NCBI GenBank assembly: GCA_029856365.1
Contig: JAHQWW010000020.1
Span: 1-47,089, forward strand
Length of the DNA stretch: 47,089 nucleotides
Origin: Candidatus Hodarchaeota archaeon
GTDB lineage: Archaea; Asgardarchaeota; Heimdallarchaeia; Hodarchaeales; Hodarchaeaceae
Direction: 5' to 3'
The notes under the pieces are model-generated. The model worked only from the letters and a program-made list of their open reading frames with translations, was not told the origin of the DNA and did not search any database. Shown here one piece after another: positions 29,742 to 39,401 of this stretch (positions within the stretch are counted from its first letter, which is position 1; every line of letters starts with the position of its first letter). Both the position numbers and the translations under genes were made by a program.

Positions 29742-31109
29742 TTAAACCTGTATTTTCTTTGCTGAAGCATCCATCACTTCCTGCTCTGGGTAATAGCGGA
29801 AGATTATAAGTCCTATGATAGCACAGATTGCAGCGACAGGACCTATTAGTAATAATCCAAGTGTTCCATGGAATGGTTCTGTCGCAGAGTACGTTCCACC
29901 AAAAACTCCTAAAATAATTCCCATTATTTGGACAGCAAAACCACCTGCGAAACGGGTTATCAATCCTTGTGATGCAAAATGCATTGCTTCTCGTCGTGTA
30001 CCTGTAACCATTTCATCATAATCCGTGATATCAGATATGATCGAATCAGGAAGAATCAATAAGGGAGCTGCTGGAATACCCAGGACCAGTACTACAATAA
30101 GTGTATGGATCAGTTCAAAATCGGGAATTAACCCCACAGTCGCAAGGAATACAGTTATTATTGCAGCAGCAAACATTGCATAAGAAGCTGCTTTCTTTTT
30201 GCCCACTTTATTAATCCAATACATCGCTGGAGCTACTGCTATTATCGCAGTAATAACAAAGGCGCCTGGAAGAAAGGAGGATACTATGGTTTCTTCACCT
30301 TTATAGACCACATGTCTTCCGAAATCTGGCAGCATGGTTAACAGCATCGATTGAAACGCGGTCATAAATACTGTATAGCCAAGATAGGGTACAAAGGGTT
30401 TATTACTGAATGTTACTCTTAATGCTTCAATAATACCAAATGTTGGTGTTTCAGGGACTTCTGGTGGTTCTTTTATACCGAAAGCAGCAATATAGAAGCA
30501 AATTACAAACAATAAAGCGAGTATTATTGATACCATAAAAGCAAGGTCTTCGAGTAGTGCTCCGATTATGGCTCCAAGAATTGTACCTACGAGATAAAAC
30601 CCTTGACGATATGTAGAGATGCTAGTTCGTTCTTCAGGAGTGGGACATATTTCAGGTATAATTGATAAGTAAACACATACAGTCGCGGCATATGCACCAT
30701 TGTAGATTGCAACGAAAATTATCAGCCAAATTATTGGAAAAAATAACTCTGTTGAATTGGTGGGAACTAAGTATATTGCAATAAAACTCACAGCTATGAT
30801 GGGAGAGCCCAGGATTAGCCACGGTATTCGTCGTCCAAAACGTGATGAGACCATCTTATCCGACAACCATCCTGCTACTGGATTCATTATAGCTTGTATC
30901 CACCACCCGATTGCCAACGCTGTCCCAAGTAGAGTACTGATTATTGCCTCATTAGCTTCAAAAAAAGTTTGCTCAAAAACTACGTTTTTATAATAAAAGA
31001 ACGTAAAGACGGTAAAAACAGCACCAATCAATGCATTTCCGAAAGTAGCAACCGAGTATGCTAGCTTTTGGACGCGATTCGCGGAAAACATGGAAGAATA
31101 AGTCATCAT
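29742..31109 (-). CDS. MFS transporter, GPH/MelB-like sugar:cation symporter
   Basis: About 12 TMs, NPVAGWLSDK...RFGRRIPW and SDITDYDEMVTGTRREA. Confidence 0.9.
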   Translation of the reverse strand: MMTYSSMFSANRVQKLAYSVATFGNALIGAVFTVFTFFYYKNVVFEQTFFEANEAIISTLLGTALAIGWWIQAIMNPVAGWLSDKMVSSRFGRRIPWLILGSPIIAVSFIAIYLVPTNSTELFFPIIWLIIFVAIYNGAYAATVCVYLSIIPEICPTPEERTSISTYRQGFYLVGTILGAIIGALLEDLAFMVSIILALLFVICFYIAAFGIKEPPEVPETPTFGIIEALRVTFSNKPFVPYLGYTVFMTAFQSMLLTMLPDFGRHVVYKGEETIVSSFLPGAFVITAIIAVAPAMYWINKVGKKKAASYAMFAAAIITVFLATVGLIPDFELIHTLIVVLVLGIPAAPLLILPDSIISDITDYDEMVTGTRREAMHFASQGLITRFAGGFAVQIMGIILGVFGGTYSATEPFHGTLGLLLIGPVAAICAIIGLIIFRYYPEQEVMDASAKKIQV

Positions 31110-31342
31110 TTTTCACCTAGAGAAAATTAAGTCGAGTAAATCAAATTCTCTAAACCCAAATAAAAGGGTTATGTTCAAAATGTGTTCTTTTTATAGTGGA
31201 ACATTTTTATATAAAATTTGAACCTAGATACTTATCCAGTAGCAGGAATTTGGATTTTACTGGAATTTTCCCCAGTTATAGTGCTGTTAAAGAAACCCAT
31301 CTGGAACTTACTAGAAACCCTGGAGAAAGAATTTTGATCTCT

Positions 31343-32137
31343 TCAACTGATTTTTTCTAGGATTCTATCAGCGATGGGCTTAAAATACTCAAAAGCTTGG
31401 GATATCCCGTGATCTTCGTCAGCTCTGATATTGGGATCAAGAGGAATTTGCCCTAGAAGTTCTGTTCCAAATTCTTGGGCCATTTGAGTGCCTCCTCCTT
31501 CTCCAAATAGTGAGTGAGTTGCTCCACACGAAGGACAACTATAGGAAGACATATTTTCAATAATTCCGATGACTGGACGATCCATTTTACGTGACATAAC
31601 CAATGATTTACCTGTATCAAGAAGACTTACCTCTTGTGGGGTGGTGACAATCACGACTCCATCCATATCAGGAATCATCTGCATGATTGAAATAGCTTCG
31701 TCTCCTGTCCCTGGTGGCATGTCAAAAACTAATACCTCCAAATCCCCCCAATTAAAATCAGTTAGAAACTGTCTAAGGGCTTTAATCTTTAAAGGACCAC
31801 GCCAAACCACTGGAGTGGAAGGGGAGTCTAAAAAGAAGGCCATTGAAACTATCTTGACGCCCATAGGGCCTTTTATAGGGCTAAATTTTTTATCCTTGGG
31901 TGATTCCATCCTTTTCATCTCGACACCAAGGATCTTGGGGATGTTTGGCCCTGAGAAATCTAAATCTGCCACCCCAACTTTTCCTTTTGGAAACTTTTCT
32001 GCAAATGCCAATGCCAGATTGGCTGCAACAGTTGATTTTCCTACCCCACCTTTTCCAGAAAGGACGACAATTTTTCGTTTAACCTTTTTCATATGAGATT
32101 TGATCTCTTGTTCAAGTTGCTGTAAGTTTGATTGCAT
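31343..32137 (-). CDS. mrp: Mrp/NBP35 (ApbC) Fe-S cluster carrier ATPase
   Basis: SGKGGVGKST, DLDFSGPNIP, VVWRGP, DMPPGTGDE, VTTPQ and ENMSSYSCPSCG. Confidence 0.95.
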   Translation of the reverse strand: MQSNLQQLEQEIKSHMKKVKRKIVVLSGKGGVGKSTVAANLALAFAEKFPKGKVGVADLDFSGPNIPKILGVEMKRMESPKDKKFSPIKGPMGVKIVSMAFFLDSPSTPVVWRGPLKIKALRQFLTDFNWGDLEVLVFDMPPGTGDEAISIMQMIPDMDGVVIVTTPQEVSLLDTGKSLVMSRKMDRPVIGIIENMSSYSCPSCGATHSLFGEGGGTQMAQEFGTELLGQIPLDPNIRADEDHGISQAFEYFKPIADRILEKIS

Positions 32138-32518
32138 AGATGGTTCCTTCAGTAATTATTTAGTTTAATTCTAACGTTTTTTCCTGTTCAAATCACATTT
32201 GTTATTGAAAATAGGAATTGATGCATCAAACGGTAGATTAGCTTAGAGAATAAGAATATATGGTCTCTAATCAGCTGTAGTTGTGTTTTCTTCTTCTAAT
32301 CATCAAAAAAAGACAATTTTTTTGAGCCATTATAAGGGAATATATTACTCAGAGAATCTCAGTGTAATATCATAAGGAAGATTTTCCAATTTAATAGAAT
32401 TAAACAGATTATTTTATCAATAAAGACATGTTTTGGCGAATATTTTCCTTTAATTCGCCTTAGGCTATCTTATTTTTGATTTAATCTAAATCATACAAAG
32501 CTCAGATTGAAAAAATGC

Positions 32519-33958
32519 TTAAAAATATGTATCACTTAATTCAACACCCCATTTCGCATAATCAACCGAGCTTGCAATCTTGTAATACAATTTAATGTCA
32601 AAATCTCTCTTGATCAAATCAATTTTCCGAGCAAAGGCTTTAATCCAATAATTAGGCAATTTAAGGTAACCAAAATAATAATAAGGTGATTCTTCATCTT
32701 GATAATAGACATCACATCTTGGGAAGCTAAGGAAATGTTGAATCCATGGAATTGTATGATCTTCAGCGGAAACAAAGAAGAAAACTGTTAGATCTAGTCC
32801 AATATTGTAATATTGATTCATTTTAACTAATAGCTCTTCCTTACCGTATTCTTGAAGTCGTTTTGAAATTTCTGGCGCTGAAACTTCAATAGTATTGCTG
32901 AGTTGTCTGATACTTGTAAAACTCCCTTTAGTGGTAAGAAAATCAAGGATCCTAATGTCAGCAGGAGTAAGTGGTCGAAAGGGATTAAAAGAAGGTTTAA
33001 GAGAGAAAAGAATGTCAGGACTAGGAGAAATGAGGGTAATGTCTGCATTTCCGTGGAGAAATGGAGGAGGAGTGCGCCAGGTATCTTCTCCTTGAGACAA
33101 GCCAGTTAAATTCCATGAAGAAACTTTTGTTGTCAATGTTTGAGAGATTATAACTTCAAGATTGTCCTGAAGGGAATACATTTTTTTTGATTTTTTATAA
33201 GGGATCTGGACAACGCTGAATGTTCCTATTGTTAAATTAGTTGATAAGAGTAAATATTTCTCAAATTGTCTTGGGAAATTATTTGAATGTACAAACATAG
33301 TTGTTTCGTAGCCCAGTTTGCCCATATCCAAGAAATGAAGAGCATTGACCATTTGCAATAGACGGATAATATTCATACGTCGCAAAACGGTTCGAGGAGA
33401 GATATCCAAATGCTTTGCGAAATCCATTTGAGTTGGTTGTCTATAATACACTGGATTATGCTTTTCTAAACCCTGAAAAGCCTTTAGAAATGATATATAA
33501 AGATCATCAAGAGGTACCGTGAAATTTGATAAGATAGGGTAGAGAAATTCGAATAAGGCTTCCTTTTCTCCATTAATCTCTTTTGACAACAGCTTTTGTA
33601 TGTAAAATTCATAGAGTTGCTTATGGTGATAACATATTTCATAAGCAACTAATTTCAAAGGGAATAAATGACCTCCCCTTTTCCTCCACTTTATTACAAT
33701 AGAAGCATAGTCTTTGAGCCAACTTTCATTTAATTCTAGGCAATTATCCTCTTTAAATTTCTCAAAGAATGGAAGAATATGAGATTTTAGGATCTGTTTT
33801 GTTAAAACTAAAGTATCTTCTAAAGAAAAATTCTTAGCCTTTTCATGGATGTATAACCAGATGTTTAGAAAATCAAGTACAAATTCCTCTATTTTGTAGT
33901 CTTCGAGGTTTTGTCGGAAATTATCTAGAATTGGGGGAATTTGTTTAGGGAGAGGCAT
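32519..33958 (-). CDS. Large transcriptional regulator with two Lrp/AsnC-type HTH modules and an N-terminal helical domain
   Basis: PTQMDFAKHLDISPRTVLRRM...LDMGKLGY and LTPADIRILDFL...SIRQLSNTIEVSAPEISKRL...NIGL. Confidence 0.75.
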   Translation of the reverse strand: MPLPKQIPPILDNFRQNLEDYKIEEFVLDFLNIWLYIHEKAKNFSLEDTLVLTKQILKSHILPFFEKFKEDNCLELNESWLKDYASIVIKWRKRGGHLFPLKLVAYEICYHHKQLYEFYIQKLLSKEINGEKEALFEFLYPILSNFTVPLDDLYISFLKAFQGLEKHNPVYYRQPTQMDFAKHLDISPRTVLRRMNIIRLLQMVNALHFLDMGKLGYETTMFVHSNNFPRQFEKYLLLSTNLTIGTFSVVQIPYKKSKKMYSLQDNLEVIISQTLTTKVSSWNLTGLSQGEDTWRTPPPFLHGNADITLISPSPDILFSLKPSFNPFRPLTPADIRILDFLTTKGSFTSIRQLSNTIEVSAPEISKRLQEYGKEELLVKMNQYYNIGLDLTVFFFVSAEDHTIPWIQHFLSFPRCDVYYQDEESPYYYFGYLKLPNYWIKAFARKIDLIKRDFDIKLYYKIASSVDYAKWGVELSDTYF

Positions 33959-34019
33959 TTGATGCCGAAAAGAAGGGTAGTATCATTTAAAAACCTGTCT
34001 AGATAAGATCTTCGAATGT

Positions 34020-34049
34020 GCAAAAGAGTAAGATACTCGCTCATTTTGC
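34020..34049. promoter_or_regulatory. Imperfect palindrome, candidate operator between divergent regulator and peptide genes
   Basis: GCAAAA-GAGTA-AGA-TACTC-GCTCA-TTTTGC, followed by two AACCGA direct repeats. Confidence 0.35.
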
Positions 34050-34098
34050 CATAACCGAGAAAAAAAACCGAATAAAAGTATAAGGTGTGTAAAAAACA

Positions 34099-34251
34099 AT
34101 GAGAAAAATAAGAAATCGTGAAAAAAGAATTGATGTTGAATTAACGCTATTAAAACTACTCCCCTGGTTATTCCTGATATTACTATTCATTGCAGCATCG
34201 TCATTGGGAACTGCAGTCGTTGCTGGACCAGCTAGTACAATTATAGACTAA
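34099..34251 (+). CDS. 50-aa secreted prepeptide (not in the ORF track)
   Basis: MRKIRNREKRIDVELTLLKLLPWLFLILLFIAASSLGTAVVAGPASTIID*. AGGTG RBS upstream, basic n-region, hydrophobic h-region and an AVVA/G signal peptidase-like site. Confidence 0.65.
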   Translation: MRKIRNREKRIDVELTLLKLLPWLFLILLFIAASSLGTAVVAGPASTIID

Positions 34252-34742
34252 ATTCAAGGCTAGAAAACACAAAATTAACTAATCATTAGTTCTTTAATGT
34301 ACCATAATATAGGTCTCCCTACTTTACCCAAATTAAAGAAACCCGACAAAATCGACGAATGCCCTCATAGAAGTGGATATTCTCAAGATTAACCCAGAGA
34401 TTACCCCTCATGGCTCTTTCAGGTTATTTCAGCCCTTAATATACTACCGTAACCCTCCCAAGGTAATACGTGGCCTTTTTATGCCTCTCCACAACTCACA
34501 AAATGTGTTAGCAAAATGATTTATTGTCCAAGTGTTAATTAATTTTTCATACCAAGCGCCTTATTTTTTCTGTAACATAATTGTTTTTGTAATAATGGAG
34601 GGAGATGTTTCTCACATGTATTTTGTGCCCGTTTTTGTTATTTTTGAAATTTCATACCAAATTTTTTGATTAATATAGACATATTTTTTCGAATTATGTC
34701 CAAAACTAGTTACTTCCCAATATTTCAAGAGATGTTTTTCAT

Positions 34743-35060
34743 GTGTTATTCAAAGCAAAGTTTTCCAAAAACACATGGACGTTGTATAAAGTGCAAGTCA
34801 CAGACCGATTTGGCATTAAAAAATCATTAGATCGAGTATTTCAATTATTATTCATATCCACGAATCTCTTTTCTTCGTTTGAGCTTCAAGATAAAATCTG
34901 CCTGCTTCAAATAAACGAAAAGTACCAATTTTCTGACCCAGAACTCAAACAACTCCTCACATATTTCCTTGACTTAATCGAATATTTTTCTCATGAGAGG
35001 CTGCAAATGATCCAGGATCCTACAGATAGTTCTCGGTATGCGCTTACTGGAGGTTTTTGA
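34743..35060 (+). CDS. Hypothetical protein
   Basis: 105-codon ORF whose stop abuts the next gene's likely ATG (35062). Start is uncertain. Confidence 0.4.
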   Translation: MLFKAKFSKNTWTLYKVQVTDRFGIKKSLDRVFQLLFISTNLFSSFELQDKICLLQINEKYQFSDPELKQLLTYFLDLIEYFSHERLQMIQDPTDSSRYALTGGF

Positions 35061-35061
35061 T

Positions 35062-35526
35062 ATGTATTCAGAATTTGCATCAATTCGAAAAGTAGAACCA
35101 AGTCGTAAAAAAGTGGATCATAAATCTCTATTAGACCAACCATTCTTTCAATCTAATGAAACAAAAATAATAGAGGCAACAGAGAACGATATTCACCGCT
35201 TAGCAGATCGTGCCCTTTTGTTATTATCGTTTAAAGATACTTCTACCCAAAGCTTACGCTATGTCCTTAATGTACTTGGTATTCGCACCTTAGAAGAGAA
35301 AAGGAACATTTTACATGAAATTTATAGCTTAATTCGGGAAGGTATTGTATATGTCCCCCGAGGCCTCCCTCAATTGATCGATCAAGGTTCTCGTCTTGAC
35401 ATTAACAACTCTTTAGAAGCCGAAAGTATCGATCTATGCCTCCTTCGTCCCTATGAAGAATTAATTAGAGAAATTCAAAACGAAATAACAGAATTGAATA
35501 CTACCAAAGTTATCAAGAACCCATAA
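35062..35526 (+). CDS. Hypothetical wHTH-like protein, paralog A
   Basis: GGAGGT RBS before ATG 35062. About 57/100 identical residues, gapless, to 36031..36408. Confidence 0.75.
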   Translation: MYSEFASIRKVEPSRKKVDHKSLLDQPFFQSNETKIIEATENDIHRLADRALLLLSFKDTSTQSLRYVLNVLGIRTLEEKRNILHEIYSLIREGIVYVPRGLPQLIDQGSRLDINNSLEAESIDLCLLRPYEELIREIQNEITELNTTKVIKNP

Positions 35527-35557
35527 AAGACTTATCAGCTAATTAGATGGATGTAAA

Positions 35558-35995
35558 ATGATGATCCATAAAGATATTTCACCTAAAGATCGTCAAAAGC
35601 ACCGAGAAGTCGAACAACTAAAGGAATACCTGAAACTGGCAAATGGATCTTCAGAACAAGTTTTGATCGCCACTTGGCGATGTATAAAACATATGCAATC
35701 AGAACTCGAACTACCCTCCCAAACTCCTGTTGAAGAACTTGTAAAGCTTTATAAAAATTTGGAGGAGATTCGGAAGGTCTTTAATTACCATATCAACAGT
35801 TTTAGTCAATTAAATGAACTCTTACATGAAATTAAACTTGTTGGGGATAAATTAAACCTCCCAAATAACTGTTCAATAACTGATATCTTGTCTCAAATCA
35901 ATTCTGACTTGATTCCTTCCTTAGGGCTTAACGAAAATTCATTACTCAAGCAATTATTACTATTATACCTATCAAAGCAATTTCAAATCATATAA
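35558..35995 (+). CDS. Hypothetical helical protein
   Basis: ORF between the two paralogs, same strand, short spacers. Confidence 0.65.
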   Translation: MMIHKDISPKDRQKHREVEQLKEYLKLANGSSEQVLIATWRCIKHMQSELELPSQTPVEELVKLYKNLEEIRKVFNYHINSFSQLNELLHEIKLVGDKLNLPNNCSITDILSQINSDLIPSLGLNENSLLKQLLLLYLSKQFQII

Positions 35996-36030
35996 AGATT
36001 TATCATTGACATACAAAGGACTAGAGTCCA

Positions 36031-36408
36031 ATGAAAACGAAAAAAAACTGTTTGAATGAAATCGAAATAACTGAGGAAGAAAGGGCTCAATTAACGGATC
36101 GTGCTCTCATTCTATTATCCTTCAAGGACACAGAGAAACAAAACCTACAGATTCTGCTAAAGATCCTTGAGATACGAACATTACAAGAAAAGGAGATTAT
36201 CTTACGGGAAATTTTTCGACTTATTCAGGAGGGGATCGTCTATGTTCCACAGGGTTTAGCTAAATTAGTTGATGAAGGAACTCTTTACAATATCAATGAC
36301 CCTGAGAAGATCAGAAACATTGATTTATACCTTCTTTGTCCTTATGATCAACTTATTAAAGAAATTCAAGATGAGATCATCAAACTGAGAGCAAAATCAG
36401 GCTCATAG
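36031..36408 (+). CDS. Hypothetical wHTH-like protein, paralog B
   Basis: Shares DRALxLLSFKDT...IRTLxEK..IL.EI..LI.EGIVYVP.GL with paralog A. Confidence 0.75.
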   Translation: MKTKKNCLNEIEITEEERAQLTDRALILLSFKDTEKQNLQILLKILEIRTLQEKEIILREIFRLIQEGIVYVPQGLAKLVDEGTLYNINDPEKIRNIDLYLLCPYDQLIKEIQDEIIKLRAKSGS

Positions 36409-36549
36409 AAGTGATTTTTTTTATTTTTTCATATTCATTTGACCGATCGATACTGCACAAATCACATTGATTCTGCTTAGTTCCCTTTTTTCTGAATGAA
36501 AAAATGCTTTAAGAAGAAGATATTTTAATATATAAAAAGAGGTTAAACG

Positions 36550-38070
36550 ATGTTTTTCCCTTTCTCTCTTCAATCTGCCTCGAATTGGTTAGATTCTGTT
36601 CCTAATTATCTTCTAACTCTTCCAGAAGACTCAAAATATATTAATCATAAAGAATTTCATCATTATCTTGCTTCAACCTTGGAGGCTTTTTTTTCAGAAT
36701 CACCCTCAGAATTTCTTTCAACTATTCTTACAATTTTGAAAAAAGCCACGGAGGCCGGAAAGTATGTTATTCTGGAAACATTACATTTGGCAAGTGTTAT
36801 TTGGGAGAAACTGGCCCAATATGAAAAAATTCAACCAGTTTTAACTGAATTAGCATTATCTACTGATAAGCTTTACTCTAAAAGCGCAACTACTCTTTCA
36901 AGTAAACTGGAAGACATTCCCTTAACTCATGAAGAAGAAGAAACAGTTGAAGAAGCAATGTCTAAAAGAGAGGAAGTAGCAGCTTTTGATGAAGTAGTCC
37001 TTGATGACATCCTTGAAGGTGCTTTGGAAGAGCTTACATCAGAAAAACTAAAATTAGAAGTAACTCCTGAAATTGCAGAATCGACACCTTCATCAACCCC
37101 TCCCCCTAAACCTGCTTTAAAGGCACCACCTGGCCCTCCTGGCGGAGTTCCGCATCCATCTCGCCCTGTCGCTAGGGCTGCTCCCCCAATTCTCCAACCT
37201 GCTCCATCAACTCCCCCTACAGAAGCACCTCCACCAGTAACAACAGCGGCTCCTACTAAAGCAGCTGAAAATCTTGATATTCGTGGTGAGGAGATATCAA
37301 AAAAACGAAAAAAAGCAATAAAAGAAGAATTCAAGACTGAAATCGAAGAACCCACAGTCACTCCCAAAATATCTAAACCTGAAACTATTCATACTCATGT
37401 TCACTATTATTCTAGAATGAATCCCCGAAAAACCTATCCATTTACAGTAACTTTGTCGCAGATAGCGAAAAAGATTGCTGCTGATAAAAAACATTTCCTA
37501 TCGGGTGAGGAAGAAAAAGAAACTCGGGGAGAGTTTGAACTGCTTGATATTACTAAACGATTAGTTGTTGAACCATTACTGAGTGGATGTTTAGTACAAC
37601 CCACTTCTCAAATTATTGATCCAAGACCACAAAACCTCCCAAGAGTGCTAACATTCTTTATTACTCCGTTAGTAGAAGCAGGCTTCCGAACCACATCTCT
37701 CGAAGGATCCCTCTTTGTGAAAGATGAGAGAGGAATAGTTTTACTACGATTAGATCTCCCAGAATTAGCTGTTGCCAGTCATCGTGTCAGTCAAGTAGCA
37801 GCTTTGATAGGAACAATCGGAGGTGGGGCTATGCCAGCTGTCGACTCATTATTCGGTGTTAACCTTCAAGTAACAATGGCTGGTCAATTAGCATACCTTC
37901 TTCCACAACTTGCTAGATCTTTCGATATGATGTGGATGATAACTATTGCTCAAGTCCTTCTTTTTGTTGGCGCCATAGGTTGTGCAATTCTTTGGTGGTG
38001 GAAAAAAGGCCGAGCAAAAATAGTGAAAGTTGCTCCCGAACGTACTATGACCCTCCAGCTCAGTCAATGA
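36550..38070 (+). CDS. Proline-rich, C-terminally membrane-anchored protein
   Basis: Helical N-terminus, acidic and polyproline linker (PPPKP, PPGPPGG, PPT, PPPV), beta-rich domain and C-terminal TM followed by WWWKKGR. Confidence 0.75.
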   Translation: MFFPFSLQSASNWLDSVPNYLLTLPEDSKYINHKEFHHYLASTLEAFFSESPSEFLSTILTILKKATEAGKYVILETLHLASVIWEKLAQYEKIQPVLTELALSTDKLYSKSATTLSSKLEDIPLTHEEEETVEEAMSKREEVAAFDEVVLDDILEGALEELTSEKLKLEVTPEIAESTPSSTPPPKPALKAPPGPPGGVPHPSRPVARAAPPILQPAPSTPPTEAPPPVTTAAPTKAAENLDIRGEEISKKRKKAIKEEFKTEIEEPTVTPKISKPETIHTHVHYYSRMNPRKTYPFTVTLSQIAKKIAADKKHFLSGEEEKETRGEFELLDITKRLVVEPLLSGCLVQPTSQIIDPRPQNLPRVLTFFITPLVEAGFRTTSLEGSLFVKDERGIVLLRLDLPELAVASHRVSQVAALIGTIGGGAMPAVDSLFGVNLQVTMAGQLAYLLPQLARSFDMMWMITIAQVLLFVGAIGCAILWWWKKGRAKIVKVAPERTMTLQLSQ

Positions 38071-38137
38071 TCCAGTCCATGATTTATGCATAATCTTTCT
38101 ACTCAACGCTTAACTATATCCTTATGGAGATTTTTGA

Positions 38138-39388
38138 ATGCTCTCAACAGTGATTCGCTCATATCCTAATCAACGTACAATATCCTTGGGAATTGTTACT
38201 CATAGAGGGGCAGCTCATGATACACTTCCGGGTACCACCCAAGTTCTGTTACAAACCATGGCTAGGGGAACAATACAACATAATGAAATCGAAATCGCTA
38301 GATTGATTGATGGCACAGGTGGCTCACTGTTTTCTTCTACAGAAAAAGATTTCTCTATTATTGGTGCTCAAATACAACCAAAATATGCAATCCGAACTTT
38401 GGATCTTCTGTTCGAGATGATTTCGCACCCCACCTTAGAGGAAACACATTTCCTTATTGAAAAACAGAATTTAGTCCAGATTTTCCACCAGGTTCAATCA
38501 AATCCAATACGAAGGATGATGATTTTTGATGCGGATAAAGCCACTTTTGGAGAGAATCATCCCCTCGGCCGCTCTCAAATTGGAACACCTGAATCCTTAG
38601 AAAAACTCACGAAAGACGATCTGCAAAAAACTCATCATGAATTACTGATTAATCCGTGGGGATTTGCCGTGGGAGCGATTTCAGAAAGTCTCCATAAACA
38701 AATAGACCAGAAAATAACTAAATTTCTTTCTACCCAAAGCATAAAAGCTCAAAAACTTCAATCATTTCCTCAAAGAGACGTTCCACCAAATAATCTTTTG
38801 GCTTCATCTGCAAAGGAAGAGGGTAGTGTATATCTTTGTGTTAACATAATAACTGATGTAAGTCCGAGTACAATTGGCCTAGCACGTTTTACCAGTGCTC
38901 TCCTTGGAGAATCTTTTGGCTCCAGAATGTTCTCAATTCTGAGAGATCAAAAATCATTTGGTTACATTGCTGGATCGACTTTGAAGCTTTTAGATAAATC
39001 GTTAGTACTACGTTGCTATATGGAAACATCTCCAAAGAGGACAGAAGAAGCAATAAATTCGTTAGTGGAATTGCTTACCGATCTAAGTAGAGAGATTATG
39101 TCACAAGAAGAGTATAATACAACTCGTGATTTTATTTTAGGACAACTTGATTTATCTTTTGATGATTCCCGTTCAACAGCTTCTCGAATCATAAATAGGG
39201 GAGCCCACGGTCTTCCACCGAACATTGAATCAGGATATAAGGAAATTAAAGCAGTTTCTTCTGAGGGTATCAACTCTTGGTGGAAAAAGAATCTTCTTCG
39301 TCCTGAAAATGTTAGCTTAGCTATTGTTGGCGATATAAATCCCGCTCGGATTCAAGAAAGTTGGAAAAGAAATACTTATTCCGAATAA
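38138..39388 (+). CDS. M16B peptidase, non-catalytic subunit
   Basis: M16 fold motifs (GAAHD, RGT, HPLGR..GT.ESL, SRMFSILRDQKSFGY), but HxxEH is replaced by QVLLQ. Confidence 0.85.
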   Translation: MLSTVIRSYPNQRTISLGIVTHRGAAHDTLPGTTQVLLQTMARGTIQHNEIEIARLIDGTGGSLFSSTEKDFSIIGAQIQPKYAIRTLDLLFEMISHPTLEETHFLIEKQNLVQIFHQVQSNPIRRMMIFDADKATFGENHPLGRSQIGTPESLEKLTKDDLQKTHHELLINPWGFAVGAISESLHKQIDQKITKFLSTQSIKAQKLQSFPQRDVPPNNLLASSAKEEGSVYLCVNIITDVSPSTIGLARFTSALLGESFGSRMFSILRDQKSFGYIAGSTLKLLDKSLVLRCYMETSPKRTEEAINSLVELLTDLSREIMSQEEYNTTRDFILGQLDLSFDDSRSTASRIINRGAHGLPPNIESGYKEIKAVSSEGINSWWKKNLLRPENVSLAIVGDINPARIQESWKRNTYSE

Positions 39389-39401
39389 TGAGAGAATATC
39401 A

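Noticed and set aside
31569-32096. 175-aa ORF antisense to mrp, and the other short antisense/overlapping ORFs in the track
   Set aside because: They lie opposite or within well-supported genes and show no motifs.
36927-37367. 146-aa Gly/Ala/Ser-rich antisense ORF
   Set aside because: It is the shadow of the Pro-rich coding strand.
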